The translations under genes and the position numbers were made by a program. A stretch of DNA of 64,000 bases from Eledone cirrhosa (Eukaryota), in NCBI GenBank assembly GCA_964016885.1, contig OZ024741.1:131068001-131132000 (forward strand). The letters run 5' to 3'. Shown here piece after piece: positions 45,001-55,000 of the stretch. Below the pieces are notes generated by a model, which had not been told where the DNA came from, did no database searches, and saw only the letters and a list, made by a program, of their open reading frames with translations. Each line of letters opens with the position of its first letter. Position 1 is the first letter of the stretch.

Positions 45001-48000
45001 ATATAACTTTACACATCATATTTGTCTGTGTAACTAGGGTTGGAAGCGGTGAACATATAACTTTACACATCATATTTGTCTGTCTAACTAGGGTTGGAAG
45101 CAGTGAACATATAACTTTACACATCATATTTGTCTGTGTAACTAGGATTGGAAGCGGTGAATATATAACTTCACACATCATATTTGTCTGTGTAACTAGG
45201 ATTGGAAGCAGTGAACATATAACTTTACACATCATATTTGTCTGTGTAACTAGGGTTGGAAGCAGTGAACATATAACTTTACACATCATATTTGTCTGTG
45301 TAACTAGGGTTGGAAGCGGTGAACATATAACTTTACACATCATATTTGTCTGTGTACCTAGGGTTGGAAGCAGTGAACATATAACTTTACACATCATATT
45401 TGTCTGTATAACTAGGGTTGGAAGCGGTGAACATATAACTTTACACATCATATTTGTCTGTGTAACTAGGGTTGGAAGCGGTGAACATATAACTTTACAC
45501 ATCATATTTGTCTGTGTAACTAGGGTTGGAAGCGGTGAACATATAACTTTACACATCATATTTGTCTGTGTAACTAGGATTGGAAGCAGTGAACATATAA
45601 CTTTACACATCATATTTGTCTGTGTAACTAGGGTTGGAAGCAGTAAACATATAACTTTACACATCATATTTGTCTGTGTAACTAGGGTTGGAAGCGGTGA
45701 ACATATAACTTTACACATCATATTTGTCTGTGTAACTAGGGTTGGAAGCAGTGAACATATAACTTTACACATCTTATTTGTCTGTGTAACTAGGGTTGGA
45801 AGCAGTGAACATACAACTTTACACATCATATTTGTCTGTGTAACTAGGGTTGGAAGCAGTGAACATATAACTTTACACATCATATTTGTGTGTGTAACTA
45901 GGGTTGGAAGCAGTGAACATATAACTTTACACATCATATTTGTCTGTGTAACTAGTGTTGGAAGCAGTGAACATATAACTTTACACATCATATTTGTCTG
46001 TGTAACTAGGGTTGGAAGCAGTGAACATATAACTTTACACATCATATTTGTCTGTGTAACTAGGGTTGGAAGCAGTGAACATATAACTTTACACATCATA
46101 TTTGTCTGTGTAACTAGGGTTGGAAGCAGTGAACATATAACTTTACACATCATACTTGTCTGTGTAACTAGGGTTGGAAGTGGTGAACATATAACTTAAC
46201 ACATCGTATTTGTCTGTGTAACTAGGGTTGGAAGCGGTGAACATATAACTTTACACATCATATTTGTCTGTGTAACTAGGGTTGGAAGCGGTGAACATAT
46301 AACTTTACACATCATATTTGTCTGTGTAACTAGGGTTGGAAGCAGTGAACATATAACTTTACACATCATATTTGTCTGTGTAACTAGGATTGGAAGCGGT
46401 GAACATATAACTTTACACATCATATTTGTCTGTGTAACTAGGGTTGGAAGCGGTGAACATATAACTTTACACATCATATTTGTCTGTGTAACTAGGGTTG
46501 GAAGCCGTGAACATATAACTTTACACATCATATTTGTCTGTGTAACAAGGGTTGGAATCAGTGAACATATAACTTTACACATCATATTTGTCTGTGTAAC
46601 TAAGGTTGGAAGCGGTGAACATATAACTTTACACATCATATTTGTCTGTGTAACTAGGGTTGGAAGCAGTGAACATATAACTTTACACATCATATTTGTC
46701 TGTGTAACTAGGGTTGGAAGCAGTGAACATATAACTTTACACATCATATTTGTCTGTGTAACTAGGGTTGGAAGCGGTGAACATATAACTTTACACATCA
46801 TATTTGTCTGTGAAACTAGGGTTGGAAGCAGTGAACATATAACTTTACACATCATATTTGTGTGTGTAACTAGGGTTGGAAGCAGTGAACATACAACTTT
46901 ACACATCATATTTGTCTGTGTAACTAGGGTTGGAAGCAGTGAACATATAACTTTACATATCATATTTGTGTGTGTAACTAGGGTTGGAAGCAGTGAACAT
47001 ATAACTTTACACATCATATTTGTCTGTGTAACTAGTGTTGGAAGCAGTGAACATATAACTTTACACATCATATTTGTCTGTGTAACTAGGGTTGGAAGCA
47101 TTGAACATATAACTTTACACATCATATTTGTCTGTGTAACTAGGGTTGGAAGCAGTGAACATATAACTTTACACATCATATTTGTCTGTGTAACTAGGGT
47201 TGGAAGCAGTGAACATATAACTTTACACATCATATTTGTCTGTGTAACTAGGGTTGGAAGCGGTGAACATATAACTTTACACATCATATTTGTCTGTGTA
47301 ACTAGGGTTGGAAGCAGTGAACATATAACTTTACACATCATATTTGTCTCTGTAACTAGGATTGGAAGCGGTGATTATATAACTTCACATATCATATTTT
47401 TCTGTGTAACTAGGGTTGGAAGCAGTGAACATATAACTTTACACATCATATTTGTCCGTGTAACTAGGGTTGGAAGCAGTGAACATATAACTTTACACAT
47501 CATATTTGTCTGTGTAACTAGGGTTGGAAGCGGTGAACATATAACTTTACACATCATATTTGTCTGTGTAACTAGGGTTGGAAGCGGTGAACATATAACT
47601 TTACACATCATATTTTTCTGTGTAACTAGGGTTGGAAGCAGTGAACATATAACTTTACACATCATATTTGTCTGTGTAACTAGGGTTGGAAGCAGTGAAC
47701 ATATAACTTTACACATCATATTTGTCTGTGTAACTAGGGTTGGAAGCAGTGAACATATAACTTTACACATCATATTTGTCTGTGTAACTAGGGTTGAAAG
47801 CGGTGAACATATAACTTTACACATCATATTTGTCTGTGTAACTAGAGTTGGAAGCGGTGAACATATAACTTTACACATCATATTTGTCTGTGTAACTAGG
47901 GTTGGAAGCAGTGAACATATAACTTTACACATCATATTTGTCTGTGTAACTAGGATTGGAAGCGGTGAATATACAACTTCACACATCATATTTGTCTGTG

Positions 48001-48250
48001 TAACTAGGGTTGGAAGCAGTGAACATATAACTTTACACATCATATTTGTCTGTGTAACTAGGGTTGGAAGCAGTGAACATATAACTTTACACATCATATT
48101 TGTCTGTGTAACTAGGATTGGAAGCGGTGACTATATAACTTCACACATCATATTTGTCTGTGTAACTAGGGTTGGAAGCAGTGAACATATAACTTTACAC
48201 ATCATATTTGTCTGTGTAACTAGGTTTGGAAGCAGTGAACATATAACTTA
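1..48250. repeat. 54-bp tandem satellite array (893 full monomers plus a partial unit; truncated by left window edge)
   Basis: The monomer AGGGTTGGAAGCRGTGAACATATAACTTTACACATCATATTTGTCTGTGTAACT repeats head-to-tail without interruption. The last unit starts at 48222, which fits 893x54 with a net -1 from 10 single-base insertions and 11 single-base deletions. Most units differ from consensus at 0-3 positions. The array ends at ...ACATATAACTTA|ATCAATT. Confidence 0.99.
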
Positions 48251-48592
48251 ATCAATTTTAAAAGTATTATTAATTTTCGGTGATCCCATTATAATGAATA
48301 TATCGGTTGTAAGTTCAACCACTGTACATTTAAAAACCGATAGGTAATCCACAAATATATCGGTTGCTGATCAACCACATTATTGAAAACATTACAAGCT
48401 GACTGCCATCTTTTCCCTTTGAAATAGATTCATAAATTATTTCAGTTGCTTTAACAAAATTATATACCAGTCACTTAGTGCTAATATAATAGATTATACT
48501 ACGAATGTCTACCTAAGTGATATGTCACACCTCGATTCAATTTTTACTCCAAAATAATAATCTCCGATAATTAAATGTTTATTTAAACTCTA

Positions 48593-48934
48593 TAACAGGC
48601 TAATTTTATTGAGTCAAATACGGCGTAAGCACATGTTACTACCTAACTTTCAAATTCGCTAGCTCCTTCTAAACAAAGCTTGCTTGTGTCTCCCTATTTA
48701 TGTATGCACCTGCTATGATTATATAATTTCTAATTGAATGGATGGAAGTATGGGTGGCGTGTTGGTTTAATGGTCACACATTGGTCCAGCAAATCATAGA
48801 TGTAGGTTCGTGTCATGTACGTCAATGCTTATCCTTTTTTTTTCCACTCAGAGGGTCTTTTTAAATCGCAACTAACAGATTAATTTTATTTTGGCAAATA
48901 CGGCGTAAGCACATGTTACTATCTAATTTTTAAA
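48593..48934 (+). repeat. Dispersed direct repeat, two ~60-bp copies (48593-48654 and 48873-48934)
   Basis: Both copies read TAACAG..TAATTTTATT....CAAATACGGCGTAAGCACATGTTACTA.CTAA.TTT, 280 bp apart. Confidence 0.85.
48752..48825 (+). mobile_element. Degenerate tRNA-derived SINE head
   Basis: A-box-like TGGTTTAATGG and B-box-like GGTTCGTGTC at tRNA-like spacing; no convincing cloverleaf. Confidence 0.4.
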
Positions 48935-48999
48935 CCCAATATATTTAAAACTTATTTCCTCCCATTCTGCATCGTTATATAACGTCATTCTTTTATCAT

Positions 49000-49091
49000 G
49001 GTCGCTGATGCTGTATCGATTAAGGGGTTCACTTCACAATCATGAGGTTGCGGGTTTAGTTTCACTGTGTGGCATCTTGGCAAATGTCTTT
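49000..49091 (+). mobile_element. Truncated tRNA-derived CORE-type SINE
   Basis: A degenerate tRNA-like head (...GGTTGCGGGTTTAGTTTCAC) is followed by CTGTGTGGCATCTTGGCAAATGTCTT, which resembles the CORE-SINE motif CTGTGTGACCTTGGGCAAGT. It resembles an abundant octopus SINE (from memory). Confidence 0.65.
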
Positions 49092-49093
49092 AT

Positions 49094-49270
49094 CCCCCCC
49101 CCCCTCTCTCTCTCTCACTCTCTCTCTCTCTCACTCTCTCTCTCTCTTTATATATATATATAAACGCACACACATATATATATGTGTGTTTGTGAATGTA
49201 TGTATGTATGCTTATATCTATATACATATGTAGATATAGATATATGTGCGTATATATATATATATATACA
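49094..49270. repeat. Compound microsatellite: C-run, (CT)n, (TA)n, (CA)n, (TATG)n
   Basis: Read directly from the sequence. Confidence 0.9.
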
Positions 49271-49434
49271 CTACTGAACTCACTAACCGTCTCACGAAGT
49301 AGAAACATTTAACACTCCCTAAACCACCACTTCGGAGAGATTTCAGTGCACTCACTATGTCCTTGTTTTGTAAATAGTGGAGATAACACGAGAGATAGTG
49401 TTTAAAACTTCCTTTACATCTTAATAAACCCCTT

Positions 49435-49543
<109 letters not shown>

Positions 49544-50075
49544 ACATACTCACACCACACGCAAGCAAAACACAACCCTGCGCCAGAATTCACCTGCTGT
49601 TTCTTGCACCTACTTACTTCCATTTGGCATACAATTCCCAAATCTCCCACGAGCCCTCTACTAACTATCATCTCAACACAACCACGAAGAAAGCAAAAAT
49701 ATTTTTGCAAGTTCGAAAATGTCCAGTTGAAGAATATGTATCAAGAAACAAAAGTGATTTTCAGAATTGAAGAATTCAAAATTACCCCAACCATGCTCAT
49801 GTTGAGGAGAATGACATTAAAGTCAAAGGTCCTTCTTCACATTACCTATGTATTTCAATTAATTAAGATGTTATTACTTTGTGTTAGCCTGCACATGACT
49901 ATGTTATTCCAGCAGAAGGTCTCACTGAACACGTTTCTGATGTCTTTATTCCCAAACACAATAAACAAACCACACGTACAACATAAAGAAATCTCAGCCT
50001 CAAACAATTAAATATGTTCATAAAAGTAAAGGAAACAGAAAACTGACAGAAATATTTAACCACAAAACAGACAGC

Positions 50076-50710
50076 ATTATATTATATGGTGGCGGTAGGT
50101 GGATTGGCAGTATCTGTAGAGGGTCGGACGCCATGCTTTGACGCATAGAGTTACGGCCTTTGCCATTCTGAGTTCAAATCCCGCCGAGGTTAACTTTGCC
50201 TTTCATCCTTACGGGGTCGATAAAATAAAGTACCAGTAATGCACTGGGATAATTGGAGGCCTTGTTCCAAAAGTAGAAATAATTATATTATATGGTGGAC
50301 TGGCAGCATTATATTATACGGTGAATTGGCAGTATCGGTAGAGTGTCGGACACCATGCTTTCCAGCATAGTTACACCTCTTTACGGACTGAGTTCAAATC
50401 CCGTTGAGGTTAATTTTGCCTTTCATCCTTACGGGGTCGATAAAATAAAGTACCAGTAATGTACTGAGTAATTGCTGGCCTTGTGCCAAAAGTAGAAACA
50501 ATTATATTATATGGTGGACTGGCAGTATCGGTAGAGGATCTGACGCCATGCTTTATAGCAAAAAGTTACGGCCCTTTATGGTCTGAGTTCAAATCCCGCC
50601 GAGGTTAACTTTGCCTTTCATCCTTACGGGGGTCGATAAAAGAAAGTACCAGTAATGCATTGGGATAATTGCTGGCCTTGTGCCAAAAGTAGAAACAATT
50701 ATATTATATA
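50076..50710 (+). mobile_element. Tandem trimer of a tRNA-derived SINE (~195-220 bp period)
   Basis: Three units each have an A-box-like TGGCAGTATC(G/T)GTA, a B-box GAGTTCAAATCC (50170, 50390, 50585), a core TTTGCCTTTCATCCTTACGGGGTCGATAAAA..AAGTACCAGT and a 3' GGCCTTGT.CCAAAAGTAGAAA. Units are separated by ATTATATTATA. Confidence 0.88.
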
Positions 50711-51031
50711 GAGCAATTAGTAACATAAGCAATAATTTACATTCCATGGCACTATAATATTCTTGTACCTCCGTCTGTTCTTACAACAGAACAATACACT
50801 TTTGATATTAACATGCATATGGCTGTGCATTCATTCTACAAAAATATGCATACTTCACGTAGTTGCCAAGAAGATTCAGCGTGGCATGACGATACCCAAG
50901 ACGATAAATTCGACCCTATTCTTTTCATGAGAAAACAATAAGGAAATCTATTTAACATAGTGGAGAAATAAGGTATTATGAAGGGAGATTTTCAAACAAT
51001 TTGTCCTGATAAACTTTGGTGTATCTAAGAA

Positions 51032-51086
51032 ATTGCCTTTCATCCACTTGAGGTCGATAAAAAAAGTACCAGTCTAGTGCTGGGGC
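51032..51086 (+). mobile_element. Central fragment of the same SINE family
   Basis: TTGCCTTTCATCCACTTGAGGTCGATAAAAAAAGTACCAGT matches the core of the 50.1-50.7 kb units. Confidence 0.75.
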
Positions 51087-51147
51087 CAATTCTTCCTCTA
51101 TATCTCTTTCTCATGTTCATCCTCTCACTCTTTCTATCCTTCTCTAG

Positions 51148-51276
51148 ACGAAATCTGCTGTATTCAGACCTGGAGAGACGATGGGCATAAAAAACGTCCC
51201 AGAAATGCCGTATGTCAATAAGCCGCCTCATGAGTTACGGGTCAATGCATATCTAAGAAAGAGTGAGAGAGTAGAG
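51148..51276 (+). CDS. Candidate 129-nt internal coding exon of an unknown gene (TKSAVFRPGETMGIKNVPEMPYVNKPPHELRVNAYLRKSERVE)
   Basis: A long polypyrimidine tract ends CCTTCTCTAG|, the donor is GAG|GTATGA, the length is divisible by 3 and only frame 0 is open. The peptide is not recognised and no partner exons were identified. Confidence 0.3.
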
Positions 51277-51286
51277 GTATGAGTTC

Positions 51287-51905
51287 CTCATCGCTCCTAT
51301 AAAACATCCCCCACCATTGAAACAATCCCGACCTTTCCTACAAAACAGCACGTCAAATGATAAAACACCCAACACTCCTATAAAACAACACCTTACCAAT
51401 GATACAGCCCTCACCATTCAACCACACTTTCATCAACGATACAACCTTTACTTTCCCACAAAACAACCCACACAAATGATACAACCCTCACCTTTCCCAC
51501 AAAACAGCCCCCACCAAAGAGACGAACCTCACCTTTCCTACAAAACAGCACATCCAACGACACAACCCTCATCACTCCCCCAGAAGAAACCCCACCAACA
51601 AGACAAACTTCACCTATACTACAATGGAATCTCCCATACTAGAGTGGAGACCTTCATTCAAATAAAATAGCCCCAGCCCCAAAGAGATGACCTTCACCAC
51701 TCCTACAGGACAACGGCCCTCAGTGTAACGGCCTTCAATACTTCTATATACCAGCATGACAACCTTCGCCTATGCTACAGTTGAGCGCCTCCACGCCACA
51801 CCAGATAGAAAATCCTCAGCCCTCCTACTAAATATCCCCAAACAAAGCGAGATAACCCTCACTATTCCTACAGAGCAGCAAACTTAAAAAGATGACTTTT
51901 TACTT
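51287..51905. repeat. Old degenerate C/A-rich minisatellite, ~39-41 bp period
   Basis: Units like CCCTCACCTTTCCYACAAAACAGCCC..CCAA.GA.ACAA recur about 15 times, with divergence increasing to the right. Confidence 0.75.
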
Positions 51906-52515
51906 CTGACTTCAGTTTCTATCACAATCTAAGATAATTATCACCCAAACATAACTTCAGCCATACCAAGGTGGCCATGTTTGTGGTCATTATCAGCGGG
52001 TTTTCTGCCCCCCCCCCAAAAAAAAAATTCTATTTGCATAAATATTTCACCTAATAAACAGAAAATGAAATAAAAATTAGCCCGGACTGACTCTACACCA
52101 CTGTGTAGGCGGAATACGTCAGCAGCGCCTCGTGGACATGATAGCAAAATCATTGCCTTGGAGATCAGCCAGACATCCGCTCCCACCACCATCCGGGGGC
52201 TTTTTCCTCGGGCGGTAATCACTCCTCCCGATTCTGTGGACGAATACGGTAGTCAGAGAACCGAGGAGACAGGAACATTCGACGGCGATGTACACGAAAA
52301 TCAACCGGTTGGTCAAGTACAAGTATTTGGATATATTTCGCTCCTTTTCTTCTTGGGTGGTAGTGCAGGATTTATCGGGGATCAGAAGGGATGAATGCCC
52401 TTGAACCCCCTCAATAAAGAGAGCCACCTCTCTCCGAACACGGCCCCTTCTTTTTCCATCTCTCTCCCCCTCTTTCTCCCCTCTCTCTCTCTTTTTATCT
52501 CTCTTCCTACTTATA

Positions 52516-53310
52516 TCTGTATATATATAAAATTAAGTATGTGTGTCTGTGTGTCTATGTATTACCTATAGGGGCCTACATCTTACGACCGATTTTCATG
52601 AAAATTTACAGGCTCATAGAGTCATCGGGGAGTGTTTTGTATATATCAGCGTATCGTTTTTTTTATTTCGGGGTCATTCTGCAGATAAAAATCGATAGGG
52701 GGTCACCTTTTTTTAGGTATCGATAAATAAGATTTTGGGTTCTAGCTCCAAGATTTAGCCACCGATTTCGTTCAAATTTTAAAGCAAAATAGAATTTATC
52801 ATTGCATATCCTGTACTGGCTTTATATTTTGCATTTGTTCTTCAGGGACGGCGTGGCAGCCGCTTAAATATTCAAAAATATCACTTTTAGACTCAAATTT
52901 TTCAGATCTAGCTCCCACATTAATCAACCTACTTTGTTCAAATTTTACACTACGCTAGATCTGATTATTTCACGTCTTAAAATGGCTTTACATTTTGGAT
53001 GTTTTGTTCAGGAACAGCGTGGCACCCACTTAAATATTCGAAAATACCACCTTTTCGCTCAAATTTCCGCCTTTTCGGCTCTTGCTCCCACATTTTTCAA
53101 CCGATTTATTCAAATTCGAAACTCCCTCCCCCAGCATGCCCCTTCGTCAGTCACCCACATTTCTCAGTGATAGAGGTCATCACGACCCTCTCCCGCATGG
53201 CCTGTGTGTGGCCATAGATGAGTCATCGAGAAGCATTCGCTAAGATCAACACCTTTTCACCAAAGCAAATATTGTTTTACCTACCCAGGCAACGCTGGGT
53301 ACTGCTGCTA

Positions 53311-53311
<1 letters not shown>
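52516..53311 (+). mobile_element. Non-autonomous Helitron-like element with internal ~150-170 bp tandem repeats
   Basis: 5' end A|TCTGTATATATATAAAA followed by a GT/GTCT tract. 3' hairpin TACCCAG-GCAACG-CTGGGTA (53282-53301), then ...CTGCTAG|T. The insertion sits between A and T with no TSD. Confidence 0.8.
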
Positions 53312-53346
<35 letters not shown>

Positions 53347-53431
53347 CTCTACGGTTATTATATATTTGATATATATTTATCCTTATCGAGCCCTCTTTGG
53401 ATTTTAGTCTTCAAATTTATTATTATTATTA

Positions 53432-53482
<51 letters not shown>
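53312..53482. repeat. Two (TA)n runs with a short unique spacer
   Basis: TA runs at 53312-53344 and ~53435-53482. Confidence 0.9.
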
Positions 53483-53484
<2 letters not shown>

Positions 53485-54021
53485 TTATTCCGGGTTAAAT
53501 CGGAGGTAACCACAGTAAGTAAAGTACTCAGTACATAGCAGAGTCTAAAAGTTTTAATATAGAAGAGCTTCTACAGGTCTAGAACTGTTTCATTCGTGAG
53601 AAATCATCAGGAAGCTGGCTGTCCAAGTAAATGGTAGTATTTATGTGTTTCCTTATCTGGTGGTAGGAGAGGGTGGGGATTGGGATGGGCGTAGGTCATT
53701 GGTTGAAGGATTTAAAGAAAGGGGATTCATTAAAATCTAATTCTTTAAAGCTATAATATTAACAAAGGCAGAAAGAATACTGTAAACAAGTTCAAAATTG
53801 GAATACCAATCCTTGTTTATAACTTAAAGTAAGAATGCCTGTAAGACAGGTGTCTACAGGATGGGTTGGGTTCAATGGTTTAAAAAAGAAGTGAAATTCT
53901 TTAGAAGCTAATTCTTTAAGGCTAAAATGAGGGTGACAAAGGCAGAAAAGGTTCTATGAACAGATTCAAGTGTTGGCGTGAACCTCCTATAGTGAAGTTT
54001 CTCTTAATATATATTCAAGGT
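53483..54021 (-). mobile_element. Penelope-like element terminal (pLTR-like) fragment, left arm of a 472-bp inverted repeat
   Basis: 53550-54021 is the reverse complement of 55701-56172 (about 9 mismatches by eye). It carries a hammerhead motif and is bounded by microsatellites. The family assignment is inferred from the hammerhead plus the inverted arrangement. Confidence 0.65.
53566..53616 (-). ncRNA. Type I hammerhead ribozyme motif (family A, copy 1)
   Basis: The minus strand reads AGCUUC-CUGAUGA-U-UUC-ucac-GAA-U-GAA-ACAG-uucuagac-CUGU-A-GAAGCU. Stem I has 6 bp, the core is intact, stem II has 3 bp, stem III has 4 bp, and the cleavage triplet is GUA. Confidence 0.8.
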
Positions 54022-54024
54022 GTC

Positions 54025-54189
54025 GACAAACACATTCACACACGCGCCCACTTACACACGTAGACACACTTACACGCACGCACACACAGGCAGGCACATA
54101 CACAACAAACATACATAATGGTACATACACGCAACATACAAATACATACATACACATATACATATATATGTGTACATACATACGCATAC

Positions 54190-54260
<71 letters not shown>

Positions 54261-54268
54261 TATATATA
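54025..54268. repeat. Degenerate CA/TACA tract grading into (TA)n
   Basis: Read directly from the sequence. Confidence 0.9.
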
Positions 54269-54952
54269 CTAGCAGTAATGCCCGGCGTTGCTCGGGCTGC
54301 TCGGTAGTTGTGTTAAAGTTACAATGTTAAGTTCCTTTCTTGGCTTAAAAACTGTAGAGTCTACAGTGTAGACTTTAATGTGGTACTTTTGATTAATATT
54401 CCCTCAACCAACAGTATGCCTTATGAAGTTAAGAAAACATAACCATAACCCGAATGTTAAAACAAAAGAGGATGCTGGGTATAAAAACTGCACTGGTAAT
54501 CTATTAACAAAAATCGAAAATGTAAACATTGCAACACTTGTCTCAGAGGAAAACATCAGCATAACCAAACTATCAGTTATTTTGAAACAAAGAAATCGGA
54601 TGGACAAGAAAAAAAAAAAAAAAAGCGTTATCTGTCAGTCGTTTAAAATCATTGCTTCTAAATGAAAATCTCATAAGGCTTTATTCGAGACAATGCATTT
54701 TTTTTCAAAATATTTGCTTGATTTACGTTGTATTCAAATAGGCTTGTTTTCAAGTAAAAATAGTGTCTTAAAAGACTTTTTAATGGAAATGAAGCAAAAT
54801 GGAAGATTAATGTTGAAACTTCGAACTCATGAATTTTGCAGGTTAAAATTTTGCTGGTCCGAAAACTGTTCGCGTATTTTTGTACTTTTGCACGCGTCGT
54901 TTATTCCATAAAAGGGAAATAACTCGTCTCTCATCTTTATTTATATATTTGA
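54269..54952 (-). mobile_element. Second non-autonomous Helitron-like element (3' end clear, 5' end tentative)
   Basis: The minus-strand 3' end is GCCCG-AGCAACGC-CGGGC-ATTACTGCTAG|T, the same style as the 53311 end. The 5' end is probably TCAAATATATAAATAAAG at 54952; an alternative A|TCTGTATATAT lies at 55615. Confidence 0.62.
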
Positions 54953-55000
54953 ACTGAAAAATCAATACATTACAAATTCGATAAATACATTACAAAAACG

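Noticed and set aside
1-48250. CRISPR array
   Set aside because: There are no unique spacers and no cas genes, and the context is eukaryotic.
1-48250. Telomere-derived repeat (TAGGGTT in each monomer)
   Set aside because: Only one imperfect CTAGGGTT per unit and no TTAGGG runs. The G-rich strand points toward the unique DNA, not toward the open left end.
27-48251. Dozens of long ORFs on both strands (MMCKVICSLLPTLVTQTN and HIIFVCVTRVGSSEHITL repeats, up to 1338 aa)
   Set aside because: 54 bp equals 18 codons, and one frame per strand happens to lack stops. Stop and frameshift variants are freely amplified, most variants are non-synonymous, and there is no unique N- or C-terminal sequence. 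Only Ribo-seq or proteomics could rescue them.
48247-48251. TTAA at the array end as a piggyBac target site
   Set aside because: There is no CCC-type terminal inverted repeat, and TTAA also arises as an internal monomer variant (~46196).
49604-50011. 135-aa plus-strand ORF and a minus-strand GTAAGT donor near 49618
   Set aside because: No recognisable domain and a non-ATG start. All three minus frames between the nearest plausible acceptor and the donor contain stops.
51022-51260. 11-bp direct repeat TATCTAAGAAA as a target-site duplication
   Set aside because: The enclosed sequence is not a coherent element and has no tail; an AT-rich match could be chance.
51317-51670. 117-aa Q/P/T/H-rich ORF
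   Set aside because: It derives from the degenerate ~40-bp minisatellite.
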